Shown: one piece after another, positions 51,450 through 59,394 of the stretch
Layout of the letters: the number at the start of each line of letters is the position of its first letter
How positions within the stretch are numbered: position 1 is the first letter of the stretch
Assembly: GCA_046290225.1 (NCBI GenBank)
Contig: JBKAGE010000080.1
Coordinates: 1-64,000 of the forward strand
From: Bradymonadia bacterium
GTDB lineage: Bacteria > Myxococcota_A > Bradymonadia > UBA7976 > UBA1532
Reading direction: 5' to 3'
DNA: 64,000 bases
Translations under genes and position numbers: made by a program
The notes under the pieces: model-generated
The model's input: only the letters and a program-made list of their open reading frames with translations
Database searches by the model: none
Told to the model about the DNA's origin: nothing

Positions 51450-51790
51450 AGAGAGAGTTTCGGGCACGGGCACGGGCACGGGCACGGGCACGAGTTGATT
51501 CGGGTGTGGACCCGTGGCCCTGCATGACTCCGCGCGTGGGTTTGTGGTGGTGGAGGCTCTACTCGGCCCCAGCAACTTATCAGTGGAGGTTTTTGCGCTC
51601 AATGCGCCCCATGTGCAAACGGGAACATGGTTTACAGATCTGGCGAGAGCTGAACTCTCATGGCCTTCTGAAGCGTATCAACTCAGCCTCAATGACAACC
51701 ATCGCCCTGAGCTCAGGATGGGCTGCGGGTCAACATATGTATCAACTCGTGCCCGTGCCCGTGCCCGTGCCCGTGCCCGAAACTCTCTCT
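51450..51790 (+). mobile_element. GTGCCC-arm palindromic element (copy 5)
   Basis: AGAGAGAGTTTC(GGGCAC)5GAGTTGAT...ATCAACTC(GTGCCC)5GAAACTCTCTCT; homologous spacer. Confidence 0.88.
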
Positions 51791-51794
51791 ACCG

Positions 51795-51809
51795 ATACCC
51801 AATCGGTAT
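51795..51809. promoter_or_regulatory. LysR recognition box ATAC-N7-GTAT
   Basis: ATACCCAATCGGTAT matches the BenM/CatM-type T-N11-A consensus and lies between the divergent lysR and map. Confidence 0.6.
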
Positions 51810-51845
51810 TGGACACCCACCCACCTTCCCGTCACCCTGTGCCGC

Positions 51846-52613
51846 ATGAACGCCATCCAGAAACCAGACGCCGACGCCATGCGCCGTGCTGGGGCCGTGG
51901 CCGCCGCTACTCTGGCCACCGTGGGCCGCGCCCTTGAGCCTGGCATGAGCACTGCTGACATCGACGCCCTCGTGCGGGCTGACACCGCCCGTCGCGGCGG
52001 GCGGCCCAGCCAGCTGGGATATCACGGTTTTCCCGCGGCGGTGTGCACCAGTCGTAATCATGTGGTCTGCCATGGGATCCCCAACCCCCAGGAGGTGCTC
52101 GAAGATGGTGATATCATCAACGTAGACATCACCACCTGCGTCGGCGGACATCACGGCGACACCTCGAAGACCTTCTTCATTGGCGAGCCCAGCGCCGAAG
52201 CGCGCCATGTGGTCGAGAGCGCCCGCCGCGCCCGTGACGCTGGCATCTCCGTGGTGCGTCACGGCGCCCGCATCGGCGACATCGGCGCGGCGATTCAAGA
52301 GGTGGCCCGAGCGGCGGGGTGCAGCGTCGTACGGGAGCTGGGCGGCCATGGCATCGGCCAGCGCATGCACCAGCCTCCACATGTGCATCATGTAGGGCGA
52401 CGAGGGACCGGCTTCAAGTTGAGAGAGGGCATGTGCATCACCGTGGAGCCCATGTTGAACCTGGGCACCGCAGATGTCGCCGAGCTCGCGGACGGGTGGA
52501 CCATCGTCACTACCGATGGGCGGTTGTCGGCGCAGTTCGAGCACACAGTTCTGGTCACCCGGACCGGGTGCGAGATCCTTACGTTGCCCCCTGAGGATCA
52601 GGGGACGGGCTGA
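51846..52613 (+). CDS. map: Type I methionine aminopeptidase
   Basis: VVCHGIP, DIINVDIT, HGDTS, GHGIG, VEPM, SAQFEHT. Confidence 0.95.
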   Translation: MNAIQKPDADAMRRAGAVAAATLATVGRALEPGMSTADIDALVRADTARRGGRPSQLGYHGFPAAVCTSRNHVVCHGIPNPQEVLEDGDIINVDITTCVGGHHGDTSKTFFIGEPSAEARHVVESARRARDAGISVVRHGARIGDIGAAIQEVARAAGCSVVRELGGHGIGQRMHQPPHVHHVGRRGTGFKLREGMCITVEPMLNLGTADVAELADGWTIVTTDGRLSAQFEHTVLVTRTGCEILTLPPEDQGTG

Positions 52614-54156
52614 CGACGCTCACCGCAGCGGGTCGCTCGGCGAGCACCTTCCGGGCGGCGGCGATGCCTGACATCAGACAGGGCGCCACGCCACCCCCGT
52701 ACACGCCGGCGCCGGCGAGATAGAGGCCTTCGACCGGGGCCTTGGTTCGGAAGCGTCTGCGACCATACTGGTCGAGGGTGGCCGCGGGGCCATACGCGGC
52801 CCCTTCGACCGCGCCGGCGTAATGAGTGTTGGTCAGGGGTGAGGCCACCTCTTCCACCACCACATCGCCCACGAGACCTGGCCAACGATCTTCCACCGCC
52901 CCCATGAGCTGGGCCGCCACCTCATCCTTGAGCTGGTTGTAATCATCTCCGCGTTTGAACGACTTGCTGTCGGCCCACTGCGCAAAGGGCGCATGAGGAC
53001 ACAGCGTCACCACCTCGAGGGTGCTCCCCCCAGCAGGGGCCATGGAGTTGCTGTCGTCCTTGAGAGAGTTCGGCGACAAAAAGAAGAACCACTCCTCGGG
53101 GATCTTGCCCTCAAAGGCCGGCGCATAGAGCCGCTCGAGATCGAAGTGGGGGTAGTCCCAGACGTTGAAGGCTCCGAGGCCGTGTTTGCTGAGATCACGC
53201 TGCATGCCCAGGAACACGCACACGCTGCCCACCGAGGATTCGGTGTTGTCGACCTTGGTCTGCAGCCGCTCGCTCAGCGTGCCCTCGGGGAGCAGCTTGC
53301 CCAGGGTGAGGGTGGGATCGATGGCCGAAACGACGATGTCAGCGTCGATGCGCTCTCCCGTGGTGAGGGTGACCCCTGAGACCCGGCCATTGTCGAGCTC
53401 GATGGAGGCCACGGCCGCCCGGCGGCGATAGCTCGCCCCGAGGCTGCGACCACGCTCCACGAGGGCGTCTCGAAAGACCCCACTGCCCCCACGGGGGAAC
53501 CACGCGCCGCTGGCGTAGTGCATCATGAGCCCCATGCCCAGCACCGCCGGGGTGCGGCTCGGCGGCAGCGCATAGTCACCACACTGACCGGCGAGCACTG
53601 AGCGCAGCTCCGGGTTCTTGATGTACTCCGCGAGCAGCTCGGCGAAGCTGCGCTCAAGCCACTTCGCTGCAAACGAGAGCCCCGTGACGGCACCGAGATC
53701 ACCGATACGCCGCGAGGCCCCGATGGTCTTGCGGGAGATGAAGTTCGACACTCGATCAAAACGCTTGAGCACCTTGAAGAGCTTGTCGATGTCGCCCTTG
53801 TCTTCGGGGAACTGCGATCGCAGCCGCTGGCGATAATTGTCGATGCCCTTGGGCACCCTCACCTCGAGGCCCGGGAATCGGATCATGTCGAGGCAATCGT
53901 CGTCCATGGGGCAGAAGAGCTGCTGGGCGTCGAGGCCGAGCTTCTCCAGGGTGAGGGTCATGCTCTGCCCCGGGCCAAGCTGTCCGATGTAGTGCACGCC
54001 CGGGTCGAAGTGGTAGTGCCGGCGAGCGAAGGGGTTGAGGAATCCTCCGAGCTGTTTGGCGGCCTCGAGGGCGACGACATCGTGCCCCTGCTCGGCGAGG
54101 CCGATGGCCGCGGCGAGCCCCCCGGCCCCGGTTCCGATGACGACAGCTTTCGACAT
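52579..54156 (-). CDS. Phytoene desaturase/retinol saturase-like FAD oxidoreductase
   Basis: VVIGTGAGG, FDPGVHYIG, FPRGGS, SPLTN..Y....GAAYG, GLYLAG. Confidence 0.88.
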   Translation of the reverse strand: MSKAVVIGTGAGGLAAAIGLAEQGHDVVALEAAKQLGGFLNPFARRHYHFDPGVHYIGQLGPGQSMTLTLEKLGLDAQQLFCPMDDDCLDMIRFPGLEVRVPKGIDNYRQRLRSQFPEDKGDIDKLFKVLKRFDRVSNFISRKTIGASRRIGDLGAVTGLSFAAKWLERSFAELLAEYIKNPELRSVLAGQCGDYALPPSRTPAVLGMGLMMHYASGAWFPRGGSGVFRDALVERGRSLGASYRRRAAVASIELDNGRVSGVTLTTGERIDADIVVSAIDPTLTLGKLLPEGTLSERLQTKVDNTESSVGSVCVFLGMQRDLSKHGLGAFNVWDYPHFDLERLYAPAFEGKIPEEWFFFLSPNSLKDDSNSMAPAGGSTLEVVTLCPHAPFAQWADSKSFKRGDDYNQLKDEVAAQLMGAVEDRWPGLVGDVVVEEVASPLTNTHYAGAVEGAAYGPAATLDQYGRRRFRTKAPVEGLYLAGAGVYGGGVAPCLMSGIAAARKVLAERPAAVSVVSPSPDPQGAT

Positions 54157-54229
54157 GGTGCAACTCCTCGACCAGACCCTCTGAGGTACCGTGCGCGCAA
54201 CCTCGCACGTCATGCATGCTCCATCAGGT

Positions 54230-54997
54230 ATGCGCTCAGCACAATACGACCACCTGCAAAATGTCTGTATCCAGGGTGCCAGCCGGGGCATCGGCCTCGC
54301 CCTCGTCGGCCGCATGCTTCAACGGCCTTCCGTAGGCCATGTCATCGCCACAGCGCGTCGGCCCGAGGCCTCGGAGGGGCTCTTCGCCCTCACCCAGCGC
54401 CATCCGGACCGCCTCATCACCCTCACTGTAGATGTCACCGACGAAGGCTCGATGGCTGAAGCTGCCCGGATCTCCACAGCGCGGGTGGGGCGTTTGCACC
54501 TGCTGATGAACGTCGCGGGTCTGCTCCACGCCCCCGACGGTATGGCGCCCGAGAAACGCATCGAGGCCCTCGATCCCGGTTTTCTGGCGCGCGCGTTCGC
54601 CGTGAACGCAACGGGGCCAGCGTTAATGGTTAAACACATGCTCCCGCTACTCCGGCACGACGAGCGGGCAGTCATCGCCAACCTCTCGGCACGGGTGGGC
54701 AGCATCGAGGACAACGGCCTCGGGGGCTGGTATGGCTACAGGGCGTCGAAGGCTGCGCAGAACCAGCTCACCCGCACCCTGGCCATCGAGCTGCGGCGTC
54801 GGGCAAAGCACGTGATCTGCGTGGCATTGCATCCCGGCACGGTGGACACAGCGCTCTCACGACCTTTTCGAGGCGGGGCGAAGCGCCGCTTCACCCCCGA
54901 CGAGGCCGCAGGCCATCTGCTCGACGTGATCGATGGCCTGGGCCCGGAAGACACTGGGGCGTTCTTCGCTTGGGACGGTTCACGGATCCCCTGGTGA
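54230..54997 (+). CDS. Short-chain dehydrogenase (CsgA/C-factor-like subfamily)
   Basis: GASRGIG, SARVGSI.DN.LGGWYGYRASKAAQN, LHPGTVDT. Confidence 0.9.
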   Translation: MRSAQYDHLQNVCIQGASRGIGLALVGRMLQRPSVGHVIATARRPEASEGLFALTQRHPDRLITLTVDVTDEGSMAEAARISTARVGRLHLLMNVAGLLHAPDGMAPEKRIEALDPGFLARAFAVNATGPALMVKHMLPLLRHDERAVIANLSARVGSIEDNGLGGWYGYRASKAAQNQLTRTLAIELRRRAKHVICVALHPGTVDTALSRPFRGGAKRRFTPDEAAGHLLDVIDGLGPEDTGAFFAWDGSRIPW

Positions 54998-55199
54998 GAA
55001 ATCCTGGCATAACCGTTCTTGTCGCCAAATATGCATCGCTGTTGAGGTCAACCAAACGAAGGTGCCCGATGGGCAACTCTTCTTCGCTCTGCTGTTTTGT
55101 CAACAGCCTCCAAATCAGAGGAATACAGGCTCTTCTTATGGTGTATCTGATACGAGAGCCTCCGAGAGGCGAGGGCTCTTGTGGATTGGGGAGATACAC

Positions 55200-56219
55200 A
55201 TGGCAGACGATCAGGCACTGACCGGCCCAGACATTGAGCGGCTGGTCAAACGCTACCATCTTGAGCGTGCACGATACGAGCAGGCTGCAGTACAAGTCGG
55301 CACCCGTATCAGTGCTGCGCTGAGGCGCGAGGCCCGCCTGAGATTCATGATCTCGACCCGGGCCAAACATCCTCAGGACCTCAAAGGTAAGCTCCATCGC
55401 AAGCGCGAAAATCCGAAATATACATTCGCGGCGCTTGACGAAAACCTCAACGCCATCGTCAACGACCTGGCTGGATGCCGTGTCGTAGTTTACTCCGCTG
55501 AAGATCTACAGCAGGTGACTCGGATCATCGATGGCCTGTTCGACATCCCAGATCTGCCAGATACACACCTCGACAAGAGCCAGGAAAAAGAAGGGTACCG
55601 TGCTACCCATCGGCTCGTAGCCCTCCCGAATGATGAGAACTCGTCAACATCAGGGGCGATCTGTGAAGTGCAAATCTGTACCGTCGCAGCTCACCTGTTC
55701 AACGAGCTTGAGCATGACATCACGTATAAAACACATGGGGTGAAACCAACCCCGGAAGCCTGTTCGTTGCTCGATGATCTGCGATGGCTCTCTCTGGTGT
55801 CTGATCACACAGCAAGTCGCCTGATTCAGGCACAACAAGTCGCACGCGCCAACATGGAAGAGCTGACCTCACCGGATACGCTCAGATTTGCCCTTGAAGG
55901 CGCTCTCGGACGCCCCATGAGTGGTGACTTCACACGCCTACTGTCACTGCTTGGCTCCATATTGGAGACCGTGAATCTCAGCATCCTGCACTCTTTGGGA
56001 GGCGTCCACCAGCTTCTGAAATGCGGACGAGCGCTTTCACACACATTATCTCTCGAACACACCGATGATGTGATCTACATCACGCTGGGACTCACCGAGC
56101 AATTCGGCGAGGAGCTCGTCGAGCTCTCCTCGATGTGGTCAAAGCCCGAGCTGCCTCTGAGAGCAGCACTGCTCACATGGGCATCTGCTAGGTCAACTGT
56201 GCACGAGAGCGCTGAATGA
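55200..56219 (+). CDS. RelA/SpoT-domain small alarmone synthetase-like protein with C-terminal extension
   Basis: RAKHPQDLKGKLHRK, DLAGCRVV, GYRATH, EVQICT..HLFNELEHDITYK; GGGGAG RBS before ATG 55200. Confidence 0.85.
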   Translation: MADDQALTGPDIERLVKRYHLERARYEQAAVQVGTRISAALRREARLRFMISTRAKHPQDLKGKLHRKRENPKYTFAALDENLNAIVNDLAGCRVVVYSAEDLQQVTRIIDGLFDIPDLPDTHLDKSQEKEGYRATHRLVALPNDENSSTSGAICEVQICTVAAHLFNELEHDITYKTHGVKPTPEACSLLDDLRWLSLVSDHTASRLIQAQQVARANMEELTSPDTLRFALEGALGRPMSGDFTRLLSLLGSILETVNLSILHSLGGVHQLLKCGRALSHTLSLEHTDDVIYITLGLTEQFGEELVELSSMWSKPELPLRAALLTWASARSTVHESAE

Positions 56220-56257
56220 GGCACACTGCCTGTGTCGATGCAAACAAGGAGATCCAC

Positions 56258-56773
56258 ATGGCCCCTCGCTTGACCATCACCAACGCCATCGAAGCACTGG
56301 AGAAATTCAACCAGCGCTATGACACACTGGATGTGTTCGCGGACGACCTTTACGAACTCCAACAATTCAGACGGGATGGCTCACCTCCACCAGGGCTGCA
56401 GGTCAGTGGAAGCCATACACTCACGGTTGTCGACACCCCCTATGAAATTGAACTCCTTCCTGAGAATGGGGTCGCGCGCATTCAACGGGTTCGTTCATCT
56501 GTCAGCCCTCACAAAATCATCGCAGGGGCAGCGATCGGGGGCATCATCGGCGCGACCCTCGAAACGGCTGTGACAGAAAAGGAGGGTGTCGGTGCCCTCG
56601 GCCTACTCCTCGGCCTGCTCGTTGGAGGTACTCTTGCTTCACATCAGAGCACAGCCCCGAGCGTTCGACGGGTCTTCACCCTCAACTTCGACTCAGAAGA
56701 GCAAAAGTGGAGGGCCTATGATGGTGGCCTCGTAGATTGGATGAAGATGAAACTGTTGCCCGCTGCCTCATGA
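56258..56773 (+). CDS. Hypothetical protein with two glycine-zipper TM helices
   Basis: AAGGAG RBS (alternative ATGA-coupled start at 56216); GAAIGGIIGA and GALGLLLGLLVGG. Confidence 0.75.
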   Translation: MAPRLTITNAIEALEKFNQRYDTLDVFADDLYELQQFRRDGSPPPGLQVSGSHTLTVVDTPYEIELLPENGVARIQRVRSSVSPHKIIAGAAIGGIIGATLETAVTEKEGVGALGLLLGLLVGGTLASHQSTAPSVRRVFTLNFDSEEQKWRAYDGGLVDWMKMKLLPAAS

Positions 56774-58878
56774 GCACCCTGGAAGCACAGCAAGCGGCAA
56801 CCACCATAGACATGGATCTCGACGATCTGCTCGAGCTATACATCGACGACGCCCTCAAGGCCCTCGATCGAGAGACCGCCGAGCGCAAACAGCTCCGGGC
56901 CGCCTTCGAATCGGGCACTCCGCTCACCGCCAAGGTGCAGCTCGATCTCTACGATCCGATCGACGGTGAGATCGTCACCGTCCCTGCCGGCGCAGTGGTG
57001 CACGTGGCCGAGCACCAAGGCGACATTTTGATCGGCAAGCTCTCCGACAACACCCACAGCCTCGCCGTCGTCTACGAGCCCCCGGGTCGTTGGATCCCCC
57101 GAAAGCACTTTCTGCCCCTGAGCACACTCGTCGATCGCACCCGCATCACTCAAGGCGAGTCACCGAGCGTGAAGAGCGCGGGCCCCGGTGGCTTCAAAGG
57201 CGCCGGCCTCAAGGGCCTCGACGATGGCACCGCCCTGGCGATCCAGAGCATCGACGCCCTGAACGCCCGAGACGCCTTCGCTGTGCTGCCTCGGGGCACC
57301 CGGATTTTGATCGACGCCGCTCAATTGCAGCTCGAAGAGGGCGCCCCGACCCCAAGCGGTGAGATTTGGGTAGAGGTCACCGCCGCCGTGGGCGACGTGC
57401 GTGACAAAGCGGGCGTCACCGAGATGCCCGAGATCCCGATCCGCATCACTGGGGGTCCTTCGGGCACCCTGCCCTTCGAGGCGCTGCAGCCGCTGAGCTT
57501 CAAGACCCACGTGCTCACCCCCGTGGCCTACGCCCAATATCTGGTGGAGCAGCGGGGCCGTCGGCGGTTCTTGCGGCGGATGACCGGCGCGGGCCTCGCC
57601 GCAGCCTTCCTGGCCATGGACGGCATCTGGTGGACCACTTCGAAGGCGGAGTGGCCCCCCAACGCACCTCCTGCAGATCGGGTGCTCTCGGCGATGATCC
57701 CTCAGCTCGGCGCCTTGCTGGGCTACCTGCGGGCCGGCGGCAAGTACTGGTTCGAGCTCGACGGCCCGCTGATGTCGCTCAGAGAAGCCCGCCGCGGCCC
57801 CGCTGTACGTGCGCTCTCCGACGCCCTCGATCAAATCGCAGCCATCTCGGATCACACATGGGATCTCTGGCGTGGCGCGTTCTATCGCCGAGTGCACGTG
57901 GGCTGGAACGAGCACAAACACTATCGCACTGACAAAGACGGCAAACGGACTTACACCCACTCCACCTGGACCAAGAGCTACCGCAAGATCTGGTGCGAGC
58001 CCCCCGGACTCTCGGGCACCTGGTCCGTGCTCCAAGACTGGGACACAGCGGATGACTGGCGTCGCTCCAAGGGGCATCGCATGCTCAACGTGCCCATCTT
58101 TCAGCTGCTCGAATGCACCCCAGAAGAAGCAGAGTCCCAGTTTCGCACCATGCGGATGGACGTCTCCTTCGCTCGGGAGGCCACGATCTCCGCGGTGACG
58201 GCAGCCCTGTGCAGCGCCCCGGCGGCCTTCTACAGCGACATCCTCGGGGCCTTCAACGGCGTTTCTCAGATGCCCCACCCTGCCCAGAGCCGCTTCCCCG
58301 CTCAAAAGCCAGCCTTGCTGGCTATGGGGGCCATCGCTGGGGCCTTCATCGCTCAGAGCAGTCATCGAAAGCAGGCTGCGGAGCTGGGTCAGAACAAGAA
58401 GGCCCTCGGCGCGCTGCTCGAAACGCAGCTGCGTACGGTGCCGGAGATGGACTTCGAGCAGGCCTGGAATGCTTTCTTTGGGATCCCGAGCTCACAGGCG
58501 GTGGTGCAGACCACTGCCGAGCGCGGCCCGGAGACCCACGATCTGGGCCGCCGCGCTCAGAGTTTCACGTATGTGCACAGCGGAGGGTTCGACCGAGGGC
58601 GGCCGCTGGACTCGATCTACGTGGATGCTGGGCCGGTGAAGACCTACTTCCCGGAGATCGCCCAACGATGGGGACAGGCGTCACAGGCGCTCGCTGACGC
58701 GTTGCGCGAAGCGGAGGTGTTGTTGCCTGTGCTTCAGAACGTGGTGGGTACTGATATTCTCAATGCCCGGATCCGGGAAGATGCCTCTGAGGCCAGCAGC
58801 GGTGGATGGAAGCAATCGCTGTGGTTCGCGGCGCCGATTTGGGGTGCTGCGTTGCTTGATGGATTGCTCAAACGCTGA
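56770..58878 (+). CDS. Hypothetical 702-aa membrane-associated protein with internal RRRFL motif
   Basis: ATGA overlap with the upstream gene; host-like codon usage; GRRRFLRRMTGAGLAAAFLA near residue 262; further hydrophobic segments. Confidence 0.7.
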   Translation: MSTLEAQQAATTIDMDLDDLLELYIDDALKALDRETAERKQLRAAFESGTPLTAKVQLDLYDPIDGEIVTVPAGAVVHVAEHQGDILIGKLSDNTHSLAVVYEPPGRWIPRKHFLPLSTLVDRTRITQGESPSVKSAGPGGFKGAGLKGLDDGTALAIQSIDALNARDAFAVLPRGTRILIDAAQLQLEEGAPTPSGEIWVEVTAAVGDVRDKAGVTEMPEIPIRITGGPSGTLPFEALQPLSFKTHVLTPVAYAQYLVEQRGRRRFLRRMTGAGLAAAFLAMDGIWWTTSKAEWPPNAPPADRVLSAMIPQLGALLGYLRAGGKYWFELDGPLMSLREARRGPAVRALSDALDQIAAISDHTWDLWRGAFYRRVHVGWNEHKHYRTDKDGKRTYTHSTWTKSYRKIWCEPPGLSGTWSVLQDWDTADDWRRSKGHRMLNVPIFQLLECTPEEAESQFRTMRMDVSFAREATISAVTAALCSAPAAFYSDILGAFNGVSQMPHPAQSRFPAQKPALLAMGAIAGAFIAQSSHRKQAAELGQNKKALGALLETQLRTVPEMDFEQAWNAFFGIPSSQAVVQTTAERGPETHDLGRRAQSFTYVHSGGFDRGRPLDSIYVDAGPVKTYFPEIAQRWGQASQALADALREAEVLLPVLQNVVGTDILNARIREDASEASSGGWKQSLWFAAPIWGAALLDGLLKR

Positions 58879-58948
58879 GTGCAGGTCTCAATGCCCGTAG
58901 AGTGGTCAGATGGATGTACATTGATGACTGATGCTCTCCTTGCCTCTC

Positions 58949-59300
58949 GATGTGGGGCTCGCTCCGCGGGCAAGAGAGTTTTTCGGGCACGGGCACGGGC
59001 ACGGGCACGGGCACGAGTTGATACATACCTGGACCCGTGGTCCTGCATGGCGCCGCTCCTAGGCTCTTGGTGGTGGAGGTTCTACTCGGCCCCATATATC
59101 TCTCATTGGAGGTTTTGGCCTCCATACACCCCAAGAACTGAACGAACTGAGAGTTCAGGCATACATCATCTCAGCTCAATGACTGCCTTCGTCCTGAGTT
59201 TAGGATGGGTCACGGGTCCAGGTATGTATCAACTCGTGCCCGTGCCCGTGCCCGTGCCCGTGCCCGAAAACTCTCTTGCCAGCGGAGCGCTCCCCATATC
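58949..59300 (+). mobile_element. GTGCCC-arm palindromic element (copy 6)
   Basis: Inverted arms extending to GATGTGGGG/CCCCATATC; (GGGCAC)5/(GTGCCC)5; homologous spacer. Confidence 0.9.
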
Positions 59301-59394
59301 AGCCAATACACACCAACTCAGCAACCACAGTCACCCCACAGCCCAACACTCACATCGAGCATCAACAGTATGACTCACCTAATAAACGCTCGAC

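Noticed and set aside
54230..54997. Calling the SDR the myxobacterial C-signal csgA
   Set aside because: This SDR subfamily is widespread, and orthology cannot be shown from motifs alone.
1502..59300. GTGCCC elements as a CRISPR array or integron attC array
   Set aside because: Copies are dispersed, their spacers are homologous rather than unique, there are no cas or integrase genes, and size and context do not fit attC sites.
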